Below, in pieces: positions 55,401-64,000 of a DNA stretch of 64,000 nt. Made by a program: the position numbers and the translations under genes. Under the pieces are notes generated by a model. That model ran no database searches, was not told the DNA's origin, and was given only the letters and a program-made list of their open reading frames with translations. The stretch covers positions 16,842,606 to 16,906,605 of the forward strand of contig CM119267.1 of assembly GCA_051294375.1 (NCBI GenBank). Reading direction: 5' to 3'. Within the stretch, counting starts at the first letter, position 1, and each line of letters starts with the position of its first letter. Source of the stretch: Paraspadella gotoi (Eukaryota > Animalia > Chaetognatha).

Positions 55401-58400
55401 TCATTTTAAACGATTCGAATCAATATCAAAATCCGTCACCATGAAAAAGAAAATTTACAATCCCCAACAATCATTGACAGTCAGGAAATACTCACGATGG
55501 GGTTCAGAGGGATCGGTCGGCGCAATGACCGCTTCGGTCGACGACGTCGAAAAGGCGGGGAGGTCGCTAGAACATCTCTCGGCACCCTCGATGTTATTAT
55601 TCAAACTTAGTTTTCCCATTTCACTGTTGGTTTTTATTTTCCCATTAACGGTTGTAATCGAGGATTGTTGAGGGGGGTGGGAAGAGGAAGAGGAAGAGGA
55701 AGAGTTGGTGGATTGGGTCGTCGTTGCAGTCGTCGCCGGTTGACCTGGAGAGTCCAAAGGTCAAAGTTCAGAGTTCAAGGAGAGGAAGCGCGTTGATGAC
55801 GATGGACGCTTTAAGTAGAAGAGATCCGATCTCGGAGTTTTTTTTTTCTTTTCGATATTCACCTCCCGCGCCCCAAGAGTCACACATATTTCTTTTTCGC
55901 TCGAGCGAAGAGTCAATTTTACATTCATCACTTAGCCACCAAAGGGGCACTCAATCGGGCCCCAAATTATCACTTAATTTTTTTTAATTTTTTTTTTTTT
56001 TTTTTTGTTTTTAATTTTTTTTTTAGTGAAGACGAAAGAGAGAGAGAAGGAGGCAGAGAAGAAGGATCAAACGTGGTCGATAGTAGGTTAGCAAGTAGAC
56101 TCTTAAATTAAACTAACTGGGTGAGGTCTATTAATATTTTTATAATTTATGTAAATTAGCAAGCAACAAGGGGTTTTGAGGCGGTCGAGTTGACTCATCG
56201 GCGTTGACCCCCTCCAATATTTCCTTTAGATGCTACTTGAGGGCCATCGAGGAATGGGGGCCTGAGAAACAAAGAGAGGGGAGAGAAAAGAAGCTCAGAA
56301 ATCGTTGATTTTACCGAGATCACTGAGAAAAATTCCTTGACAAGGCCTATGAAGTAATTTTTCAAAGTGACTCCCTCGATTGGATTCCCTGTTCAGAATA
56401 GAATTTCTCCCAGAAACATATTCAAGAAGCTTAATCTCAAGGAAGAGAGGAAAAATGAGAAAATATTAACTAATCTACAAAATTATTAGAATCACGGATA
56501 CGATTTGAACGGGAAACACAAAAGCGAACATAACGCATTTTCCCAATGACGGTTAATTACGAGAGCTCCCAGAAATATCATACATTTATGAAAGTTCCTG
56601 ATACCTGCAAAGTTTCTTGTAACAAATTTAGTGGAGAAAACGAATATCAGAATAAAAAATTTCCCTGGATGCTCATTATGGATTTTCCACGCCAGTTTTT
56701 GCGTCGAACCACTTCCGGTTTTAAAAATTTAGGATTTTTGGAAACAAATAAGCTGTTATTCAGCCAGCATACTTTAATTAATCAAAATAAAGTTACCAAT
56801 AACCTTAATATTACATTTTTTGTTTTGGTTTATAAATAAGGCTATAAAAATATTATTACAAAAGGCTTCAAGTTAAAAATTCATATTTTTTAAAGCCAAA
56901 TTAGCCCTGACCGAAACACTCCACTAATTTTAATAAAAATTTACTATCTGGTTAAACAGATAGAACCGTCTAAGGGATTTTAAATCTTTAATCTTTAAAC
57001 CAAGATATTGGCCTTTAAAAAGTTTACAGAGTGATGCAAAAAGAAAGTAGCAAATTAGATGGAAGGCGACTTGGCCTTAGCAGCTAGCAAGCCTCTCACT
57101 CAACCCAAACCCTAAACCGGGCCCTAAGCAAAACCTTAATCTTAATCAATTTCCCTGGCTTGGGATATCTAATAGGGCGTTTAAAAATAACAAAATATAA
57201 CAAATCGAATAAGGTACATAGCTATTTTAGTGTAATCAAGTCTGTAGAATTCGATGTTGATAATCATTTTTTTGTATAGTTTCATCTTCTTTGTCGATAA
57301 TGGCGATTTTTGCAGCACATAAGGTACTATTCAAATGCAACAAACGTTGTAGAGTATAAGAAACTTATATTATTAAAATTTTATAAAAACTATATTTAGC
57401 TTACATAATATGAAAATAAAAACCCATATAAATATTTCAGTAAGTTTATTTATAAATTTTATATTTTATTAACTGTTTGTTAGCTACAATTATTAATAAA
57501 TAATACTAAAAAATAAGCTAAAGTGAAAAAATTAAAATTTAAAAATTTTAAAACCTGATTAAGTTGGTTAAAAATGTTAAGAACTATTTTTTTTTATGTA
57601 ATTTTTTAATTTTTGGCTTAAAATTATAGTTTTTTAAAATTTTGACTAACTTAATGACATAATTTTGGAATAAAAATTATATTTTCTTATATCAACTTTT
57701 TGTAAGGAATACAAATCCATCAATAAAATTTTTAAATTATTATTTTTCAACTTAATTTTTACTCATAATTATTAATAAATATAATTAACCATCTTTTTAT
57801 AAAATGTAAAATATAAAAATAAACTTACCATAATATTTTTATGTCTTTATTTTTATATTTCAAAAGCTCATGTAAATTTTATAATATTTTAATAATTTTA
57901 TTTATCATAACTTGTTTTTCTTTTTATGACAATTTTATATACATTAAAAATCGTCATTTTCGACAAGAAAGATAAAATAATACAAAAAAATGGTCATCAC
58001 CATCAAATTCTACAGAATAGCTATATACCTTATTCGATTTGTTATATTTTGTTATTTTTAAACGCCCTAATATCTAATCTAACCCTAGCCTTAACCCTAA
58101 CGTGGGCTTCCTGTCTCACGCCAAGTCTGAATCTTAACCCCAGCAGCCTCTCCCCTATCCTTAACCTAACCCGCTCAACCTTAACCCCTAACCGGTCCCT
58201 GATCCAAACCCTAACCAGTTTCCCTGGCTGGTGATATCTGCAGAGAGCCACTTCCTTAGCCCTAACACTAACCGAGGCCTCCTGTTTTATATCAGGCCAG
58301 AACCCTAACCCTGTATCTCTCCAGAGCCTCTCCACCAACCCTCACCTCAACCTGATGTTCACCTCTGAGCCTCAACTCTAACCCTAATATCTGTCATGCA

Positions 58401-61400
58401 AGCCTCTCCCTCAACACCAACCCTAACTCAGGCATCCCTGCCTCTCCTTAATTTCCTTCAATACCTTCCCTAACCCTAACCCAAGCTTCCTGTCTTTTTC
58501 TGAGCCAGTCCAAATTGCAAAATCGCAATACTTAATCATGGCAACCTGGCCAAATAATAATTTTGCTGTTAGCTCTATCTGTGCCATTAAGGTTGAGTAC
58601 CTTAATGTTAATTTTAAGTTAGGGGTAGGGCAAGGCTTGGTTATAGACAGGAGGCCTGAATAAGGGTTAAGGTTGGGAAAGGTACTGGCTAAGGATGTTA
58701 GGGATTAAGGCTTAGCCTTGTTAATGGCTATGAGGCTGGGTTAATATCTGTCATGCAAGCCTCTCCCTCAACCCTAACCCAAGCTTCCTGTCATTTTCTG
58801 AGCCTGTCCAAATTGCAAAATTGCAATACTTAATCAGGCTTGTACGAGGGACATTAAGATTAGGGTTGAGGCATGTTCGGGTTCTAATTTGGTGTGAAAT
58901 AAGAGGTCCGTGTTAAGATTAAGGTTATCAAAGAAGCTTGCTGGAGAAGTCATGAGCTGAGAAGACTGGTTAAGATTAAAGATTAAGGTACTTATTATGA
59001 TCTGGTTTAAGGTTAAGGTTGAGTGGGAAGCTTGCTAGCCACAAAGGCTAAGTCGCCTTCTATCTAATTCGCTACTTTTTTTGGCATCATTTGGCAAACC
59101 TTTAAAGGCCAATATCTTGGATTAAGGTTTAAATATTTAAAATCTTTTAGAGAGATCTATTTGTATAACCAAATCATACTTTCTTATAAAATCTTATTAG
59201 AATTTGTAGAAAAATTTGGTCAGGGACAATTTGGCTTAAGGGGACCAAGTGAACAGGGGGGGTAAAAAGCTGAAACATAACGTTTGACCCTTTAACTTAA
59301 GCTGGTTCTAACCATATATTTTTTTCTTCTATAATCATTTGGGAAAGTAGTTAAAAAATTCGATGAAATCAGCGAGCTTAATTTTCTTTAAAAAATCGGT
59401 AAGAAGAAAATCTTTTTCAAGTTTAAAATTTTTTTTTTAAAAAAGAGTAAGATCTAATTTTAAAAAGGTTTTCAGCTTTTATCACAAAAATTTATAAGAA
59501 AAAAAAACTAGGAATGAATCAAAATTTAAGATATCGACTGATTTTATTTAAACTTTCTTTTCAAATGATTCTGTTAATTGGATGAAAATAAAATCTTTGA
59601 AGTAATATAAATATAAAAAGAAGAGAAAGATTCTGTACTTTTGCTAAATTTTTAATTGTTATAATTAGGAATCAATATAGTTTAATAATACATTTAAGAG
59701 ATGAATATGAATATTAATTAATAATTATTACCGTTTTGTTTCTGTAAGAATAGAATTTAGGTTTGATTTGTCTGCTTTTAAGAAAATATAAAAATAAAGA
59801 AATATTAGTCTTGTAAAGCCTTTGTTCAATGAGGCTTAAACCTAAAATTGTAGCTTTGTACAGTAAATAAAAAAAATTGGAATTTAGTGAAAAATATTTT
59901 CTATTGCAAAAATAAAATAATGGATTATATAAATATTTAGGTAAGGTCAACTAAATTGTTTTTTCATAATTATTAAATTTTTGTTTCCGCTACAATAAGA
60001 GATAGGAATTTTTTTTGCCACTTTCGCGTGCAAAGAAAAATTAATGACTATCACCATTCAAATTCCTTTGATGATAGACCCTTAAGCTTATGATATCATT
60101 TTTATCACTGGGTCCCCTTAAAAAAACTAATAATTTTTTATTTGAAGTCTTTCGTAATCATAATTTTGTAACCTTATTTATAAATCACACGGAAGTGGTT
60201 CAACGCAAAAACTGGCGTGGAAAATCCATAAAGAGCATTCAGGGCAATTTTTTATTGTGATATTCGTTTTCTCCACTAAATTTGGAACAAGAAACTTTGC
60301 AGGTATCAGGAACTTTCAAAAATGCATGGTATATCTGGGAGCTCTATAAAAATAATTACGCTAAAAAAATTAAATTGAATTGAATTCTGACATTTTATTC
60401 AGGTCGTAACGTAACTATAAATTTTGTTTAAATATTCCAAATTTAGCCGTCATTCCGAGAAATAAGGAAGTGAGTTACAACCAAAACAAGAAAAATTGAA
60501 ATTTTTAAAACAAAAAGCTAAAATTTGGGCAGAAGCAAAATTAAAACACTACTCACCGTTCTGGGTGGGAACGGTTCCCATTTTTGAGGGGGGAGCGCCG
60601 AGAGCTCGGGGAGTAAACGAGGGGGCGTCAAAATTTAGTTTAGAGCCCACGGCCAAAACTGGCGTCATCCCGGAAGGTGACCCGATGTCGGGGGAGGACG
60701 GAGCTGCAGAAAAAGGGGGAAAAAAATTTGTTTGTTTTGATAAAACGTAAACAAAACATTCAATAACTGGCCAGACTCAATTTTAAGCACATCGATGATG
60801 AGAAGCTGTATATAAATTTTCAGCTTCATACACCCAAATTTAATCATAAAAAAGGCGATCTATAATTTGGAACGCCGACGACAACGACGACGCCACTTAT
60901 GCGCAAAAGCGTTACAATATCGTCGCAAACGCTTAGCGATTGCGACGATAAAAATTATAACCAAGCCAGAAGCAATAATTAATCGTCAAAAAGAGAAAAA
61001 TAGATAGTGGTTACCTTGTGAAGGGATAGGCACAGTGGTCGGCGTTGCGGGCATAGGGGCCACGACGGCGACAGGAGTGGGAGAGACGCCGTGGGGAAAG
61101 GCGTGGGCGGCGTGGGGAGAATTGATTGATGACGAGGGAACGTTGACGACGTGCTGCGCTCCGTTAGAGAGGAACGAGATCACCGTCGTCCCGGGAGGGG
61201 GCGGCCCTGTAGAAGGAAAAGACAACGTTTCAAATATGCCGTTTAATCGAACCTGTTTGAGCTTTTTAAGTGAATTAAGTCTTTCAATTAAATTCTCACC
61301 CGGCGTGAACGCAATTGGGTGAGGGTGAGGATGAGGATGATGGTGATGATGATGATGGTGATGACCCATAATTGTCTGCTGCGGAGTGGTGGGTTGAATA

Positions 61401-63120
61401 ATTTGTGGGTGGTTCATCACATTGGGAGCGGATGTGACAGTCACGAAGGTTGGCCCGGGAGGTATCACGCCCCCGTGCGCGTGTGTCGCGGCGATGTGCA
61501 GCTGGGTTATGGGGTTTGGATGCGGCTGCGGCTGCGGCTGAGCGGGAGTCGGCACTGCGCTTTCGAGGGGGACTTGCGGCTGCTGATTGGCTGCGGGTGG
61601 AGGGGAGGCGAGCGGAGAGGCGACCACATGGTGCGGAATCGAGGGAGCGCCTGGAAAAGCGAAAATCATATTTTATAAATATATATATATATATATTATC
61701 TAAAACGAATTAGAGAGAGCGTATCCAATGCGTTTACTAACCAGAATTTTGAGGAAGGGGTCCTGAGGCCGGCATCATTGGAACTACCACCGCTTGTACG
61801 GGAGAAGACCCCGAAGAGGCTGCGACCTGCGGGGTGGGAGCGGTGAGGGGCACCGGGGCCGGCTAAGAGAAAGAAATGTCAACGAGGTGACGTTATTAGG
61901 ATAAAATACTTGGAAATAACTAAATTCTAAGGAGTTTCAGCGCGCACTTACCACGTTGGCGTCGTGCTTGGCCCCGACCGACCCTTCACCATCGACCCTT
62001 TCGGTAGGCGCTTGAATGATGGGCCAGATGGTGGGATTGACCTTCGTCCGAACGGCGACTCCGTCAGAACGGACTTCGAGAATCGAAGACTCGCGGAGAG
62101 CGTCCACGATGATCCCGACGTCTTGAGTCATTGACTGAGAAAGAAAAGAGTTTTGTTTATTACCTTTTATCGCAAAACTCATTATTGATTATCGATTTTT
62201 ATAAAATTTTATTTCCCGGTTCTTTTTAATGATAATAATAAAAGTTATTTATTTAGATTGTATTTATTAATATTTCGCCTTATACTTTATAAACATTCTA
62301 CCTCATCAATAAAAATTCTGCTTAATGTTTCAAACAAAAGCAGGAAAACTATACATAGGAGATTATGGATGTTCATTTTTATGATTAAAACGAAAGTTCA
62401 AGACCGAACCCAACTATGTAAATTGTAAAAGGTAAACGAATGATCGACTGTTCTTTTGTGCATAATCACTGCCACTGCCACTAGGTTGCTCAGGCGAATT
62501 TCGGCTAGGCGATGAAACAATGTCATCGAATGAGTGTCGATGACGCATCCATCGGTTGCGAAATATTAGGGCAACTCGTTTTTCTGTGCAGCCTGGCAAA
62601 CGCTTACCCATCAATCGAAATTACACGAAACTAGTATAAAGGAAAAACTCACCTGAACTCGAGGGAATCCGGCGAGAAATGAGATGGAAATAAAGCCCCC
62701 GGCGTCCATAGAACGGCGAAGAAAGGTGTCTTTCACCAGATTTTCCGCCGAGAAATAATACTCGATTTGCTTCCGCACCATGTCCTTGATTTGCTCTGAA
62801 TATAATTAGGACAAAATAAATTAAGGGTATACTCCGCATTTATTGATTCAATTTTTTTTTTTTTAATTTGCCTTCGGGTAGTTTCACGTAAATGTAGGGA
62901 TAAAAGGTCGTGGCGCCGGGTTCGTTGGCGCCAACAGGGTCGACGGCCGGGGCGCCCGACGGTACGACCGACGACGCCGTCGAGGGCGTAGAAGGCACGA
63001 CGGCGACGACTGAGGTGGACGGCGCCACGGGAGCGACTGTCGGTGCCGGCTCGACATTCATCGGCGCCTTAATAGGAAGCGGTGTCGGTGCCTCCAAAGG
63101 AACGCCAGCCGAGGATGAGA
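52386..63120 (-). CDS. LARP1: La-related protein 1 (LARP1 family), 17 coding exons, 5' end incomplete: join(63120-62872, 62795-62653, 62134-61952, 61862-61742, 61650-61300, 61206-61015, 60703-60557, 55744-55496, 55303-55081, 55005-54819, 54723-54490, 54326-54071, 53978-53817, 53730-53493, 53320-53235, 53163-53036, 52460-52386)
   Basis: Manual splicing gives one continuous frame with matching phases at every junction. It contains the La motif ([22 protein letters not shown]...GFPRVQ...IWP), LARP1 central blocks ([12 protein letters not shown]; [18 protein letters not shown]; [14 protein letters not shown]; PRFFPVVK...HVGWVMDS) and DM15 ([14 protein letters not shown]...[10 protein letters not shown]...[16 protein letters not shown]...[13 protein letters not shown]). 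Confidence 0.95.
52607..52849. mobile_element. Small degenerate palindromic (foldback) element in the last LARP1 intron
   Basis: TATAAGATCGTAAAATTTCAAAAT pairs with the reverse complement of ATTTTGAAATTTTAACATTTATA. TCGTGAAAAGTTGATAAAA pairs with the reverse complement of TTTTGACCAACTTTTCATGA. Confidence 0.45.
53036..53163 (-). CDS. LARP1: LARP1 exon, end of DM15
   Basis: tcttag|[43 protein letters not shown]|GTAAGC. Confidence 0.95.
53235..53320 (-). CDS. LARP1: LARP1 exon, DM15
   Basis: atcag|[30 protein letters not shown]|GTAGGT. Confidence 0.95.
53493..53730 (-). CDS. LARP1: LARP1 exon, DM15 with a 23-aa insertion
   Basis: cctcag|[47 protein letters not shown]...[10 protein letters not shown]|GTGAAA. 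Confidence 0.95.
53817..53978 (-). CDS. LARP1: LARP1 exon, start of DM15
   Basis: tttcag|GSPAMSP...[36 protein letters not shown]|GTTCGT. Confidence 0.95.
54071..54326 (-). CDS. LARP1: LARP1 exon
   Basis: Weak aag acceptor. Encodes ...PRFFPVVK...[24 protein letters not shown]...DST, then G|GTAAGT. Confidence 0.9.
54490..54723 (-). CDS. LARP1: LARP1 exon
   Basis: cccag|DLWGDEY...[16 protein letters not shown]...LPPPPP...LLLQ|GTAGTT, phase 0/0. Confidence 0.9.
54819..55005 (-). CDS. LARP1: LARP1 exon
   Basis: atcag|[21 protein letters not shown]...[13 protein letters not shown]...[11 protein letters not shown]|GTGAGG. Confidence 0.93.
55081..55303 (-). CDS. LARP1: LARP1 exon
   Basis: ttag|[16 protein letters not shown]...[15 protein letters not shown]...KYE AG|GTGAGA. 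The WxEV and EL-F-FDEE blocks are typical of LARP1. Confidence 0.9.
55496..55744 (-). CDS. LARP1: LARP1 exon, S/T-rich
   Basis: ctccag|[10 protein letters not shown]...PSEPH C|GTGAGT, phase 1/1. Confidence 0.8.
57173..58069. mobile_element. hAT-type MITE, 897 bp
   Basis: The TIRs TAGGGCGTTTAAAAATAACAAAATATAACAAATCGAATAAGGTA are identical for 44 bp, with imperfect pairing for about 100 bp more. Perfect 8-bp TSD ATATCTAA at 57165-57172 and 58070-58077. Confidence 0.88.
58078..59030. repeat. Degenerate (TAACCC)n / (GGGTTA)n tracts inside the foldback element
   Basis: AACCCT/AACCTT units at 58078-58480 and mostly inverted AGGGTT/AAGGTT units at 58590-59030. Direct repeat 58385-58537 vs 58742-58835. 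Confidence 0.6.
59240..60117. mobile_element. Kolobok/T2-type MITE, 878 bp
   Basis: TTAA at 59236-59239 and 60118-60121. TIRs GGGGACCAAGTGA / GGGGACCCAGTGA (12/13). Removing it restores the host's right inverted arm. TTAA with purine termini fits Kolobok rather than piggyBac. Confidence 0.8.
60557..60703 (-). CDS. LARP1: LARP1 exon carrying the PAM2 motif ([12 protein letters not shown])
   Basis: ctgcag|[50 protein letters not shown]|GTGAGT, phase 1/1. Confidence 0.85.
61015..61206 (-). CDS. LARP1: LARP1 exon, low-complexity spacer
   Basis: ctacag|[12 protein letters not shown]...PIPSQ G|GTAACC, phase 1/1. Confidence 0.82.
61300..61650 (-). CDS. LARP1: LARP1 exon, P/Q/H-rich spacer with a poly-His tract
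   Basis: ttccag|GAPSIPHH...[22 protein letters not shown]|GTGAGA, phase 1/1. Confidence 0.85.
61742..61862 (-). CDS. LARP1: LARP1 exon, low-complexity spacer
   Basis: tcttag|[12 protein letters not shown]...PLPQNS G|GTTAGT, phase 0/1, fits both neighbours. Confidence 0.8.
61952..62134 (-). CDS. LARP1: LARP1 exon, La motif C-terminal part
   Basis: ctcag|[21 protein letters not shown]...NPTIWP...HDANV|GTAAGT, phase 0/0. Confidence 0.93.
62653..62795 (-). CDS. LARP1: LARP1 exon, La motif N-terminal part
   Basis: ttcag|AG CAA ATC... encodes [47 protein letters not shown], then donor GTGAGT. Confidence 0.95.
62872..63120 (-). CDS. LARP1: LARP1 exon, P/V/A/S-rich, upstream of the La motif
   Basis: Acceptor ctattcag at 63123-63121. 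Encodes [11 protein letters not shown]...[11 protein letters not shown]. Phase-1 donor is AAG|GCAAAT (GC). Confidence 0.75.
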
Positions 63121-63367
63121 CTGAATAGAGAAAGTTGGGTGGCATGGAGAGGAAGAATAGGAGGGGAAAACGTGGGGGAGGGGGGAAATAGATTAATGGA
63201 TAGAACATTTGTATCGTAATCAACTACATAATCCGCGAAAGTTTAACTACCGACACTACCGAATCGGGTAATAAATAGCCAAAACATGTGACCAACCGCG
63301 AAAAGATTAATATTTAGCCGATTCTAAGTCTGAAACCGATTTTGTCGTCGAATTAAGCCTGCATAAC

Positions 63368-64000
63368 TCAACTGTTGCCGTCGGCGTCTTCTGGCGAAGG
63401 AGAGACAGCACCATCAAAATCAAATCCCTTTAAACCGAGCCTCTCAGACGTTACTCCTCCGGGTAAGAACTTGACAGGGGCAGCCCTTTCAGGGATTACA
63501 TTCTTGATAGTGAGATTCTCAAAACGAACATCCTTGGAGGTGGTTTTTATAGGGTGAAAGCCCTCGGAAGTATCCCGATTAGGACTAGCTCGGTGAGAAA
63601 AAAACCTCTGAGCGGCACTCCTTTGATTAGTAATTTCCGAATTATTATGCTTCTCCGAAGAAACCGTCTCAACATTATGTACTTTCTCAGATAATATTTT
63701 CTTGGATACAACTAATTTCTCGGAGCCAACGCTTTCTTGAGAAACTCTTCTTGGAACCACCCGCTTTGGAACCACACCGGTAGAGGGGACACATTGAAAA
63801 GTCGCTCTTTCGGACGGAACAGAGACGGAAGAAAAGGCAGAGGTGACGACAGAAGTTGACACAGCTGAAGTCGCGACGGATCTAATCCTCGCCATAGATT
63901 CGCGCCGTTGAAAGTTTTGCAAAAATCGTAGAACAGACTCGAGGCGGTTGTAGTGAGAACACAGCATCACTTGATAATACTTTGGGCAGTCGGGGTCTAG
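63368..64000 (-). CDS. Unassigned ORF of 211 codons open to the window edge: a possible upstream LARP1 exon, or the 3' end of a separate or nested gene
   Basis: Stop-free from 64000 (LDPDCPKYYQVMLCSHYNRLESVLRFL...) to TGA at 63370-63368, and not a microsatellite. A possible phase-1 donor A|GTTGAGT at 63372 would join in frame to the 63120 exon. Confidence 0.45.
   Translation of the reverse strand, partial: LDPDCPKYYQVMLCSHYNRLESVLRFLQNFQRRESMARIRSVATSAVSTSVVTSAFSSVSVPSERATFQCVPSTGVVPKRVVPRRVSQESVGSEKLVVSKKILSEKVHNVETVSSEKHNNSEITNQRSAAQRFFSHRASPNRDTSEGFHPIKTTSKDVRFENLTIKNVIPERAAPVKFLPGGVTSERLGLKGFDFDGAVSPSPEDADGNS

Larger units (their letters stand above)
56560..60346. mobile_element. Non-autonomous foldback DNA transposon, Tc1/mariner-like, in a LARP1 intron and host to two nested MITEs
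   Basis: 56561-56716 is an inverted repeat of 60191-60345 (AGAGCTCCCAGA...AAAGTTCCTGATACCTGCAAAGTTTCTTG...ACCACTTCCG). 56830-57120 pairs with 60118-60185 plus 59000-59239. TA is present at 56558-56559 and 60347-60348. No transposase ORF. Confidence 0.8.

Noticed and set aside
58042-58338. 98-aa R/V-rich ORF as a transposase fragment
   Set aside because: It is a translation of degenerate GGGTTA repeats with no DDE motif.

Overview
Eukaryotic, probably invertebrate animal, draft-scaffold DNA. It is very rich in (GA/TC)n, (GAC/GTC)n and (CAT)n microsatellites and has nine N gaps. The only gene I recognise with confidence is a minus-strand LARP1 (La-related protein 1) orthologue. I traced 17 coding exons with consistent splice phases from 63120 down to the stop at 52386 (about 1074 aa); the 5' end is not established. 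It has a La motif, a PAM2 motif and a DM15 cap/TOP-binding domain. Unusual points are a probable GC-AG intron, a ~264-aa low-complexity spacer between the La motif and PAM2, and a 23-aa insertion inside DM15. Its 4.8-kb intron holds three nested non-autonomous DNA transposons: a TA-flanked Tc1/mariner-like foldback, a hAT-type MITE with an 8-bp TSD, and a Kolobok-type MITE with a TTAA TSD. Positions ~1-38400 contain no recognisable gene. They consist largely of overlapping clean and indel-noisy copies of the same sequence around five gaps of exactly 25 N, which looks like long-read gap over-filling, possibly mixed with haplotype differences. I found no CRISPR array, RNA gene or convincing new multi-gene system. 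Most ORFs in the supplied track are microsatellite artefacts.
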